The notes under the pieces were generated by a model. It worked only from the letters and a program-made list of their open reading frames with translations, was not told the origin of the DNA and did not search any database. This document shows positions 12,066 to 23,820 of a stretch of 64,000 bases of DNA, one piece after another. Made by a program: the position numbers and the translations under genes. How positions within the stretch are numbered: the first letter of the stretch is position 1; every line of letters starts with the position of its first letter. Origin of the DNA: Malacoraja senta (Eukaryota); NCBI GenBank assembly GCA_038087875.1, contig CM075977.1, positions 279,000,001-279,064,000 on the forward strand. Direction: 5' to 3'.

Positions 12066-12256
12066 TTAAGAAGGAACTGCAGACGCTGGAACAATCGAAG
12101 GTAGACAAAAATGCTGGAGAAACTCAGCGGGTGAGGCAGCATCTATGGAGCGGAGGAATGGGTGACGTTTCGGGTCTCGACCCGAAACGTCACCCATTCC
12201 TTCGCTCCATAGATGCTGCCTCACCCGCTGAGTTTCTCTAGCATTTTTGTCGACCC
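12066..12256. mobile_element. PLE pLTR hairpin insertion with 13-bp TSD
   Basis: Arms 12104-12175 and 12180-12251 around loop CTCG; TSD agtattgtagtgc at 12053-12065 and 12257-12269. Confidence 0.9.
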
Positions 12257-12989
12257 AGTATTGTAGTGCAATTATTTCCATATCAAAGTACATGAATTAA
12301 TCAGAAGTACAATTTAAACATATTGTAATACAGAAAATGAGCAAAAATGAAATGTAACTGTCAATTCATTCACAAGAGCATTTAAAAGGAACATATGATT
12401 TTTAAGAATAATCACAGATGTTTTACATTAGTGATATTGCTCATAATTGTCTTCTAAAGTAAAAGGGTAGAGTGTTTCATACAGCAATGAAATATTGATT
12501 TTGACTTCCACACCATTAACCAAAGCCTTTTCCAGTGTTTTTTTCTACTGAGTGAAATATACTGCACTTTTAAAGCACTAAAGAAAGGGTCATTTGATAT
12601 CAAGGATCACATATTTGTTCACAAAAGAAAAACAGAGCTGTGTGTTATTGATAATTGGATTAACCTAGAGCTATACGGTGTACACTCTTGGGTGCACAGT
12701 GTCTATCAGGGGTTATGGGGAGAAGGCAGGAGAATGGGGTCAGGAGGGAGAGATACATCAGCCATGATTGGATGACGGAGTAGACTTGATGGGCCGAATG
12801 GCCTAATTCTGCTCTTATCACTTATGACCTTATGAACTTTTGTCTCCTCAATTATTGGCAAGAACATTATGCTCAGCACTTATTTTTCTCAGGAACTTAA
12901 CCTAGTAACATTAACAGGAGTGCAACGTGAAAAGTTCATCTGCAGTGAGACTTGTGTGAAAAAAGTTATCATCTAGTCACTGATCATTA

Positions 12990-13480
12990 AGGACAGGAGA
13001 GGTGTGCATGTGAAGCCAGAGGAAGGAATATAGGTGGAAGTGGGTGAGGGGGGAGGGAGTGAGGAGGGGGGGGGGTGGAAGGGGAAAGGGAGAAATAGAT
13101 GCGCATCCAGGTTGTGTGTAGGGAAGAGAGGGGGTAAAAGGAGGGGGCAGTGAAGTGGTGGTGCTGTTTGTAGGTTAGTCATCTAAAATTGGAGAATTCA
13201 GTGTTCATTCTGTTCGATCATAAGCTACCCAAGTGGAATACAAGGAATACAAGGCATCTGGCGTCACTTGCCAGGAGATTTAGCAGTCTTTGGCAAACAG
13301 TCGGACACTTGGTCTTTCCGCTACAAAGGACGCCAGATCCGGAGCTCCAAGAGCAGTAGTTTGAGGTTGGAGAATGTGCATGTGAACCGCATCTCACCTG
13401 GAAGGGTTGCTGGGGTCTCTGGATGCATGCGATGGGAGGAGGTGCAGGCACAGGTGATACATCTCCTGTGGTTGCAGACT
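12990..13480 (-). mobile_element. Old, degraded Penelope-like element
   Basis: ORF 13218..13451 contains QPFQVR and GKTK remnants homologous to the GIY-YIG region at 56693-57007. Confidence 0.65.
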
Positions 13481-14560
13481 GGACGTACAGCTATGTAGGT
13501 AAATTGGCTTGGTAAATGTAAATATATATATATATTTTAAATTGTCCCTAGTGGGTATAGAATAGTGTTAATGTGTGCGGGGATCGCTGGTCTGCGCGGA
13601 CCTGCTGGGCCGAAATGGCCTGTTTCCGCGCTGTATCTCCAAACTAAAAACTAAACTAAAAGAATATGTGGGGAGGGGGGAAGATTTTGTGGGAAGGGAT
13701 GAGTCAACCAAGGATTAGCAGAGGGAGCAGTTTCTTCAGACATCGGAAAGGGCTGGGGGTGGGAAGATGCGACTGGTGGTGGGATCACATTGAAGATGGC
13801 TGAAACAGTCTGAAGAAGGAAGGATCCTAACCCAAAGTGGCGCCTATCCAAGTTCTCCAGAGATGCGGGGTGTCACTTGCATTGTAATAATCCCATTTTA
13901 GAATGGACCGTGAAGATCGCAGTTGCAACAGACTCAGAACTAAGTTTATGTTGCAAATTCACAGGGCACTTAATTCAACAAGATGGACGCAAAAAACTGG
14001 CGTAACTCAATTGGACAGGCAGCAACTCTGGAGAGAAGGAATGGGTGACGTTTCGGGTCGAGACCCTTCTTCAGACTTAATTGAACAAGGTCGGTTACAG
14101 TGCACAAGGAAACCTGCTTGATCTACATGGTGATATTTGAAAATGAAGATGTCGTCTTTTATTCAGCTTTCACAAATAGCGTTAGAGTAGCCAATAATGC
14201 TGTTATAATTGCGAAAAAGGACCTGGAGCAATTTCTAGGTCAATACATTTTACGGGGCCATTGAACTTAGGCTGTCCACCTAGTTTAGTTTTGTTTATGG
14301 TGACGTGTACCGAGGTACAGTGAAAAGCATTTGTTGCGTGCTAACCATTCAGCAGAAAGGCATCCATACAGGAGCAAATGAAAATCATTTCAAAAAATGC
14401 AAAGGCCATTTGAAATCCTCCCAACATGTTTGCAAAGCTACAAAGCTGAGATAAATGTATGAACAACTGAAAAAGCAGCTGGCTGAATTCAGAATCAGTA
14501 CCCCGTGCCTGCCTTCTCCCCATATCCCTTGATTGCATTAGCCCTAAGGGCTATATCTAA

Positions 14561-15294
14561 AGGGGCTGTCCCACTTGGGCGACCTAATCTGCGAGTTTAG
14601 AAGAGTGTCTTCGACCTTCAAACTTGCAGCATGGTCGACACTAGGTTCTAGGAGGTCCTAAGGGGTCGCTGGAACTCTCCTTCATGCTCGAGGGAAGTTC
14701 CCGAATACTCGTGGCCTCAGCTAGGTCGCGGGAAATTTTTCAGCACGGTGACAAATTTTCCGCGAGTAAAATTTGGTCGGCATTGGTCTTTTGAACTCAT
14801 AGTGCAGTGGAGTGGGGTCGCTATTTAGTTACAGGCAGTCGAGGGCAGCCGTAGGCAATCTCCTTCGCTGACCGGGCATTTTGATTGGCTCATTGTAGTT
14901 TTCAGGACCAAGGAAAACTGAATGTTAAATGCCCGCTAAACCTTATTATACTTCTTAAAAGTGTCTCCACTCGTTCTCCCCACCCCCCCCCCCTTCTCTC
15001 CCCTTCTCCCCTTCCCCCCTCCCGCGCTCTCTAAAGGACTTACCGTACACTGTGCAGCTGTCTTTTACCTTCTTCTTCATCGCGGGTGTGAATTTCAGAC
15101 AGCGCTCCCCCGCTTTCCCTGGCCCTCGCCTTTGCGATGTGTTTGTGCGTGTGTGTGTGCGGTCGATCCAGCTCGCGGTTTCAACGCGGTCGGTCGATCC
15201 AGCTCGAGGCTTTCCAGGCGAGTGCCCTCGAGCTTGAACGTCAAAGACACTCTTCTGGACTCGCGGATTAGGTCGCCCAAGTGGGACAGCCCCT
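14561..15294. mobile_element. PIF/Harbinger-like MITE, 734 bp, TAA TSD
   Basis: TIR aggggctgtcccacttgggcgacctaatc extending ~65 bp imperfectly; TAA at 14558-14560 and 15295-15297; splits a CR1 tail whose empty-site form (gctatatctaactctct) is at ~50911-50927. Confidence 0.9.
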
Positions 15295-16024
15295 TAACTC
15301 TCTCTGAATTGAATCTCACGCTGTTTCATGAGTTCAGGGAATATATGTAAAATTCCGATGACCCAATGAGCGCTATAGAGCAAAAGTAACCTACGTACAC
15401 AGTGCTGCAGAATAAAGTCCAGACCAAAGATGGGCTATGGATCGGCCTGCATAACAGTTAATGGCATCTGCAGATTTTATAGTTCAAGCATGCAGAGCTG
15501 TTTGTGAATCACCCCTCAATGTGTCCTGCTCCAGCTTCCTGCAAGCTTGGTGTGTTTTTCATCAACTTCCCACTGAAGATCCCTGCCAACTTTTCAGTCT
15601 GATATCCGGTGGTTCAAATCTGTGGTGTTCTCTATTACTGTTGTGATTAATAGGCTAGCAGCTTGCTTTCTTCCAACCCACGACCTGACTAACAACTGAA
15701 AACATATTTCAAAGCCAACTCTTCCAAAAAGATTAAAATGCCCATTGTCACAGTGACTGATAACAGGAGAGACTGCAAATGTTGACTATCTGTGATGAAA
15801 TTAAGGAGTAATTAAAGATGTATGAGTTATTCAAGGACAGACAGAAAAGATTTGATAAAATCACATTTTGTTTGTTGAATGTCATTTATATTTTAATGTG
15901 GCCATTTTGATCATTGAAAATGTATATTTGAAGGATTTTGATCAATGCTGTCTCACAAGAAACCTGTTAGGAATCAAAAAGACATATAGTATAAGAAGGT
16001 CTGGAGGAGTGTCATTAGGAAGGT

Positions 16025-16328
16025 CAGTACAGTGGCGCAGTGGTAGAGTTGCTGCCTTACAGCGCCAGGGACCCGGGTTCGATCCTGACTACGGGTGCTG
16101 TCTGTATGGAGTTTGTACGTTCTTCCCATGACCCGAGTGGGATTTCCCCGGGTGCTCTGGTTTCATCCCACACTCCAAAAACGTACAGGTTTGTAGATTA
16201 ATTGGCTTCGGTAAAGATTGTAAATTGTCCGTGGCATGAAGGATAGTACGTGTGAGGGCTGATCTATGGTCGGCACGGACTCAGTGGGAAGAAGGGCCTG
16301 CTTCCACACTGTATCTCTAAACTAAGAC
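16025..16328 (+). mobile_element. HE1-like V-SINE
   Basis: A box, B box, V-domain and CR1-like tail. Confidence 0.85.
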
Positions 16329-16967
16329 TGATGGTAAGAAATAGGAAATAGGATGAATGAAAACCAAAATGTTTCAGATACTGGAAATATCATGGCTGGG
16401 TGATTTGCAGTAGAAATGGCCAGTTCTGATATGTCAGACAAAGCGAATCAGTTGAACGTGTGGATTTCAATATCGAGTTCGGAAGGCTGCAAAGTGGAGC
16501 TGTTTGAAATTGGAAAGGATGATTCCTGAATGCAGAGGTGGGAAGTGCGGAACTGGGGAATTTCTTTGCTCTGTCCAGGATGAGGAGCTGAAAGTAGAGG
16601 TGCAGGAAATGAAGAAATTGCAATCTATCATTTTAGATGATTCCCATAAGTCTATCAAGTATGGTTGAGAAAAACGGAAAATACTTCAGAGATGAGATAT
16701 TAGTGATCTGCTCTGAACCCTTTCCAGTTTGACAACATCTTTCCTGTAACATGGTGACCAAAGCTGAACACAATAAGGGTTTCGGCCCGAAACGTTGCCT
16801 ATTTCCTTCGCTCCATAGATGCTGCCTCACCCGCTGAGTTTCTCCAGCATTTTTGTGTACCTTCGATTTTCCACCATCTGCAGTTCCTTCTTAAACACAA
16901 TATTCTAAATGTGGCCTCACCAATGTCGTATACAACTGTAACATGACCTCCCAACATCTACACTCAA

Positions 16968-17191
16968 TGTGTAGGGAGGAACTGCAGATGCTGGTTTACA
17001 CCGTAGACTCAAAAAGCTGGAGTAACTCAGCGAGACAGGCAGCATCTCTGGACAGAAGGAGTGGGTGACATTTCAGGTCGAGACCCGAAACCGAGACCTG
17101 AAGATAGGTGTCGACCCAAAACGTCACCTGTTCCTTCTCGCCAGAGATGCTGCCTGTCCCGCTGAGTTCCTCCAGCATTTTGTGTCTATCT
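16968..17191. mobile_element. PLE pLTR hairpin insertion with ~11-bp TSD
   Basis: tctacactcaa at 16957-16967 and 17192-17202. Confidence 0.85.
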
Positions 17192-17597
17192 TCTACACTC
17201 AACACTGAAGCTTTGGCCATATTGGCCTTCATCAGTCACAGGTATTGAGTAGAGATGTTGGCAGGTCATGTTACAGTTAAAACTACCATTGTGGTGAAGA
17301 GTTTCCAATTTTGTTTCTTTACTTTTCAAACCATCTTGCAGTCTGACTCACATTCAGATATCCTGTAGACATCAGAACTTTCTGCTTTCCATCTGCCTCT
17401 TCTGAAAATCACAAACACATCCCCACTGTCTGCCCGTTCTAGGTCATTTCCATGACTTTTAAATTTGTGATGCCACAGTCTGAATACGAGGTATGGGGCA
17501 AACATTAATAAATCCACATTTACCCTGATAGCTCTCATCGGATCTTTAGAGCTTTCAAATAGGAGCAGTCGTGCAATATAGATCAGATGGCACTGGA

Positions 17598-17895
17598 GAG
17601 TCATAGAGTGATACAGTGTGGAGACAGGCCCTTTGGCCCAACTTGCCCACACCGGCGGCCAGCATGTCCCAGCTACACTAGTCCCACCTGCCAGCATTTG
17701 GTCCATATCCCTCCAAACCTGTCCTATCCATGTACCTGTCTAACTGCTTCTTAAATGATGGGATAGTCCCAGCCACAACTACCTCCTTTGGCAGCTTGTT
17801 CCATACACCCACCACCATCTGTGTGAAAAAGTTACCCGTCAGATTCCTATTAAATCTTTTCCCCTTCACCTTAAACCTATGTCCTCTGGTCCTCA
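17598..17895 (-). mobile_element. CR1 LINE 3' fragment
   Basis: ORF 17678..17896 RTRGHRFKVKGKRFNRNLTGNFFTQ..WNKLP..FKKQLDRYMD. Confidence 0.9.
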
Positions 17896-18058
17896 AAGTT
17901 GAACGTTGGTTCTCTTATTGGGGTAATTAGGTTGTTGGTACATTCACTATACATGGGCCAGACATCTAGTATCTTCAAAAGGCAATGAAGTAATTTCTAC
18001 CTTTCACATGCTCAAGGTGATTAAGTTTAAGTTTGTGATGCCACATTGATTAAGGTAA

Positions 18059-18559
18059 AGGGGCTGACCCACTTGGGCGACCTAATTGGCGAGTTTAGAA
18101 GAGTTTGAAAAAATGACATGTTGAAGACCTCCTTCGACTATGTTGAAGATCAGCTTCGACTATCTATGACTAACTTCGGGAAAATTGGACACCGAATATT
18201 GGAGAGTGAAGACGTTCTTCTTCGACCTCCCTTCGACTATGATGAAGACTATCTACGACTACCTTCGACTACCCTCGATTACCTACGACTAACATGTCGA
18301 CCTACTACAACTAAACCTACGAGTAAAAAAAGTATTGATTTTTTTCCATGGCGACCTTTTTTTACTCGCGGGCATTATTTAACATATTGAAAAAAACATC
18401 GCGACCTAGCTGAGGCCTCGAGTACACGGAGACCACTCTCGAGCATGAAGGAGAGTTACGAAGACCTCCAACGACCTCGCGTCGACCATGCTGCGAGTAT
18501 GAGTCGAGGGCAAACTCGCCAGAACTCGCGGATTAGGTCGCCCAAGTGGGACAGGCCCT
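18059..18559. mobile_element. PIF/Harbinger-like MITE, 501 bp, TAA TSD
   Basis: taa|aggggctgacccacttgggcgacctaat...attaggtcgcccaagtgggacaggccct|taa; internal cgact/cgacct motif array. Confidence 0.9.
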
Positions 18560-19537
18560 TAACACCAAGTGTATTGCAAGTTGTATTATTGTGGATGGAA
18601 GTTCTACTCTTGATGCAAAGTGTGGAGGCCAAATGTCAGGAAGCTGAGGAAAAACACAAATAGTACATGCAGAGAAATAGAAAGAAGTACAACATGTTAA
18701 TGAAGGCACTGAATTTACATATGTTTTGTAAGATAATGTAAAGAAATTGGGCTATATTTTGACATCTTCACTGGATATCCAAAAAAAGGGAATGTGAGTG
18801 GGAATTGGTAGGCAGAGCACATTATCCACTTGATGTGAAAGTCATAAGACTCGAGCTATTATGAAACTCTGGTCCTGTCTCCATGGTGTTATTAAGTTGG
18901 GTGGCCAAAGCGATATTCTCAGAGTTAATTAACAGTTCAAATCTGGAAAAGGGAGTGTCATATGGGTAGAACTATGGTTGGAGTGCTTGCTGTAAATGTT
19001 GGTCATCCAGGGTGGCAGAGGGGAAAGCCTATCCTTGCAGTTTGACGAAAAACAATTAGCTCAGTAAAGAGTCGGATTGTGTGGAAACAGGCCCTATTTT
19101 TAAAAATTAATGTTTAATGTTTTATGTATCATTCTTAACTGTCACTGTATGTCATGTTGTCACTTGCGGACGGAGCACCAAGGCAAATTCCTTGTATGTG
19201 AATACTTGGCCAATAAACTTATTCAATTCAATTCAATTCAATTCAATCAATTTTAAGCTTGCAGAGCCAAACACAGCAGTGTTCATCTGGACATCTCTTA
19301 ATACCGACACTAAACATAACTAATAACAGTGCATGTTACAATAATGTACCAAAAAGTTAGAACACATTGCACACTAATGTCTTAAAGATGCATTTGTACT
19401 TGTAGATACCACAGAGCTGGCAGCTTAGCAAAAAATGTATTTATATGAAACAGTTCTATTTGGAATGCACTGTCACAGAGATCACGGGACATTTTTGGAG
19501 AAAATTGGATAAACATTTCAAAGCATTTCTTAAGGAT

Positions 19538-19812
19538 GACACAGTGGCATTGCAGTAGAGTTGCTGCCTTACAGCGCCAGTGACCCGGGTTCAATCCTGA
19601 CTACGGGTGCTGTCTATGTGGAGTTTGCACGTTCTCCTTGTGACCGCATGGGTTTCCTCCAGGTGCTCTGGTTTCCTCTCACATCCCAAAGACGTGCAGG
19701 CTTGTAGGTTAATTGGCTTCTGTAAATTGTCCCTGGTGTGTAGGACACTGGTCGGTGCGGACCCGGTGGGCCGAAGGACCCTGTTTCCACACTGTATCTC
19801 TAAAAGAAACTA
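19538..19812 (+). mobile_element. HE1-like V-SINE (diverged)
   Basis: Degenerate A/B boxes, V-domain and tail. Confidence 0.8.
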
Positions 19813-20289
19813 ATTTGAAGCTGTAGGAATACTGGATTTTCTCAAGCATATGTCCACTACAGACTAATGAATTGAGCAGATCTCTGCTGTATGCAACATT
19901 TTGGTTTGGAAAAATCCTGGAAAATTAAAATTTTAAGATTCATAAAAAGGACTTTAGTCTAGGAATTGACTAATATCATTAGCAGCCTTTCAGCAACAAA
20001 TTGAAACCAAGTATGGTCCAAGTGGTTGCGGGAAAACCCATCATAAGCCACACTCCCGAGAACATACTAGAAACACGCAGGCGACAAAATATTGTAAATG
20101 CCAATTTAAATTCCCTTTCTGCATGGGAAAATTAATTGTATGCTGCACCGAAGATGATCTACTTCTATTGATGCTAGAAGATTGTATTACTGTCTCTGGC
20201 AGATAATGATACAATAGGGAATTTAACTCTGTTATTGTGCTGAGCTTAAACATGGCTCGAGACCAAGTTTCAATACATTGATTACATAT

Positions 20290-21240
20290 GACAAAGGAAG
20301 TGCATGCAAGCTTGACGAACCTGAAATAATACGAGCACCTTAACAAATACAGAGAAGTAGGAAAGAAACTAAACAAGGGATCAGGAGCACTAAAGGGGGC
20401 ATGAATTGTCCATGGCAAATACAATTAAAGAGTAATTTTAGATGTGCAGGATGGTAGCTAGGGAAGGGATAGGTCCACTCAAGGACAAAGGAGATCATTT
20501 ATATGTGAAGTCAGAGGAAGTAGGTGAGGTCCTTAAATCCAGGTTGCATCAGTATTCACCAAGGGGAAGGGCATGGATGATGGTGAGTTTAGGGAGAGGT
20601 AGGTCCATAAATCCATAAGTGATCGGAGCAGGATTAGGCCATTTGGCCCATCAAGTCTACTCCGCCATTCAATCATGGCTGATCTATCTTTCCCTCTCAA
20701 CCCCATTCTCCTGCCTTCTCCCCATAACACCGTGACATCCGTACTGATCAACTAAATGTTGTTATCAATGAGTCGTTGAGTGTCTTGAGAGACGTAAAAG
20801 TGGATAATACCCCAGGGCTGATTGAATCTATCCCAGGATACCGAGTGAAGCAACATAGAGATTGCTAGGGGCTTGATAGAGATCTTTGTAGTTTCTTTAA
20901 CACGTACAAGATGCTGGGAGATAGAATAGCCATTGGTGTACAAGAAATGATAGGCTGGTGGGCCTTACATCAGTAGAAGGGATAAGATTCTTAGTGATAG
21001 GATGTACTGATACATCTGAAAAAGCATGGGCCTATCGGAGAAAGTCATCATTGCTTTGTGTGGAGGAGATCTTGTCTCACAAATTGATTGGTTTCTTGAG
21101 AATTTGATAAAGATGACTGAGGGTAGGACAGTGAATGTTGTCTATATTGACCAAAGTAAAGCATTTAACAGGGTCCCTCATGTCCCAGAGGATTAAGTCA
21201 CTTGGGATACACAGTGAGTTGGTAAATTGAATCCACAGAT
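20290..21240 (+). mobile_element. Old CR1 ORF2 internal fragment with a nested minus-strand CR1 tail (~20600-20750)
   Basis: Degenerate RIGPLKD / FASVFT / SCLTNL / KAFxxVPH coding remnants. Confidence 0.7.
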
Positions 21241-21747
21241 CGACACAACATGCTGGAGTAACAGGGCGGGACAGGCAGCATCTCTGGAGAGAAGGAATGG
21301 GTGACGTTTCGGGTCAAGACCATTCTTCAGACTAGAAACGTCTTCCATTCCTTCTCTTCAGAGATGCTGATGGGTTACTCCAGCATTTGGTGCCTTTCTA
21401 GAGAATGGGATGCAGGCAGCTGAAATGTAGGCAACCCTATGTGGAGGGAATCTCTGGAAACTGGGAGTGCATCTCTGGATAGAAGGAACGTGTGACGTTT
21501 CAGGTCGAGAGCCTTCTTCAGACGCCTCGACTCGAAACGGTCACATTTCTTGGTTCTGTCAAGGGTGATTGAACATACTCATGTGGTGGTCTGAAATTAA
21601 AATCACTCGGGGGGGGGGGGGGGGACGGGGGCGGGGAACTGAAGGGAGGAACTGGCTGCAAGAGACTGAAGAGTTGCGAGTCACATTGCTGTGGGTCTGC
21701 AGTCACATATAAGGCAGAGGGAATAAAGAACAGACATCTTCCTATGG

Positions 21748-22056
21748 ATTATTATTATTAAATCGTTGAAAACATTAGCGACGCAGTGATGCTGGTTTCT
21801 GATGGGCACGGTGCCTTACGATGCTGTGTACGACAGTGATCGCAACTCCTACTGAAGTGTGGATGGCCGTTGGCTCACTAGGAGCTCATCCGCCCTTTGA
21901 CAGGTCTTGTTGTTGGTCCTGCTGGGGGTCCACAGCCCCCTCTTTACCTGGCAAACCAGGTGGGGGAGACGGTTTAGTTGCCGACTATCCGGCCATGGAG
22001 CAGGTAGCGCGGGATTACATGGTACCCGTGGCGGGGGGGACTCCCCCACGACCTGG
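21748..22056 (-). mobile_element. ~310-bp GC-rich SINE-like retroposon with (TAA)n tail, no Pol III boxes seen
   Basis: Sharp composition shift; (att)n at 21748-21760; flanking ctatg at 21742-21746 and 22057-22061. Confidence 0.55.
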
Positions 22057-22369
22057 CTATGTTAACACTTACGCTTCTCAAGTAGTTAATCTAAAAGTGT
22101 CTTTGATGATCTATTTCTACATGGAATTTTGGGAATGAAGAAACATTGGGGATTATCTTGGGGCGGTGCAACACTTATTTTCCAGGCACGATCCTGCTCA
22201 AGGCTCTGATGTGCAGATATTAGGGAACATCACTCTATGACTCTATAACATGGGGAGGTAAGATCATGTTCACATTTATATCAAGTGTATTACTTGCATA
22301 TGTAGTAATGAAAAGATGCTTTGTTCATCCGTGCCTGAAGAAGGCAACTTGGTATTCATAGGTCTCAAA

Positions 22370-22905
22370 GGTCTTTTACTGTCACGTGTACCAATTAATA
22401 TATAATGATATGCAAATTACCGTACAGCCATACGAAAAAAAAAGCAACAAGACACACAACTACATAAAAGTTAACATAAACATCCACCACAGCGGATTCC
22501 CCACATTCCTCACATTCTGACCAGAGACCGCCAGCTCTGTGACGTTAAGTCCGCAAGCACCCATGGTTGGAGCTCCGAGGTCGATCCCTGGCAAAGGGAT
22601 GGTGGACTCCGCGATGTTAAAGTCCCGTAGGCTCCCCGCGGTGGAGCTCTCAAAAGTCGGTCTCCAGCAGAGGCCGCCAACTCCTCGATGTTAGGCCGCA
22701 GTGCGGACGGAGATACGATACGGGAAAAAAAATCGCATCTCCGTCGAGGTAAGAGATTTTAAAACGTTTCCCCCAACCCCCCCCCCCCCCCACATAAAAC
22801 AAGCTAAAGAACACTAAAAACATACATTTAACACATAGTATTAAAACACAAAGAAGGAAGGGACAGACAGACTGTTGGCGAGGCAGCCATTGCTGGCACC
22901 ACCGG
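22370..22905 (-). mobile_element. GC-rich non-autonomous non-LTR element with Rex1/L2-like tail
   Basis: Tail ggtacacgtgacagtaaaagacc and body related to 32995-33395. Confidence 0.55.
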
Positions 22906-23092
22906 ATGAAACACAGGTCCTAATACCTATTTTTGATCCTGTACCAAACCAAGTTACCTCTGAACACCAATCCTAAACATCATGTAAATAAAATCCACAA
23001 GCATTGTCCCCAATCATTACTGCTTCTGCTCCTCAGGTCATAAGATCTCCCACTCTAGAGCACAACTATTCCAACCAAAACAAATCTTTCAA

Positions 23093-23820
23093 AGGTCGAC
23101 ACAAAATGCTGGAGTAACTCAGTGGGTCAGGCAGTATCTCTCGAGAAAAGGAATGGTGACGTTTTCGGATCAAGTCCTTTCTTCAGACTGAGAGTCAGGG
23201 GAGAGGGAAAATAGAGGTATGAAAAGGTACAGAATATATCAGTCGGCACTGATGACCCAGGGCCAACAATAGTCCATTGTTGGCCGTGGAGGAGATGATA
23301 ATGAAGCGATATGAACAGTGAAATTAGTAGGTAGACACAAAATACTGGAGAAACTCAGCAGGTCAGGCAGCATCTATGGAGAGAAGGAATTGGCGACGTT
23401 ACAGGTTGAGACCCTTCTTCTGAAATTAGTAGGACTAAGGCGGGGGGACAGGGGGACGGGGAGAGAGGGAACGCAAGGGTTACTTGAAATTAAGATATTA
23501 ATATTCATACCACTGAGGTGTAAGCTGCCCACGCGGAATATGAAGCGCTGTTCTACAATTTTTGTGTGGCCACAATCTGACAGTGGAGGAGGCCCAGGAT
23601 ACAAAGATCAGTGTGAGAATGGAAAGACGAGTTATAATATTTGGCAATCGGGAGATCACGTGGGCCAAAGTGGACTGAGTGTAGGTGTTCAGCGAAATGA
23701 TTGCCCAGACTGCTTTTGGTCTCGCCGATATACAAGAGTCCACATCGAGACCAACACGTATACAGTGTACAGTAGATGAGGTTGGAGGAGGTGCAAGTGA
23801 ACCTCTGCCTCACCTGAAAG
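23093..23820 (-). mobile_element. Penelope-like element 3' part with a nested pLTR fragment (23332-23420)
   Basis: ORF 23553..23813 FTCTSSNLIYC..LLYIGETK..FAEH; nested insert has TSD tgaaattagtagg at 23319-23331 and 23421-23433. Confidence 0.85.

Noticed and set aside
17326-17560. Duplicated core as a paralogous exon pair
   Set aside because: The frame is not preserved in the 29-kb copy (indel and stops) and there are no clear splice signals.
18110-18330. CRISPR-like repeat-spacer array
   Set aside because: Irregular short motifs inside a TIR/TSD-bounded MITE in vertebrate DNA; no constant repeat-spacer period and no cas genes.
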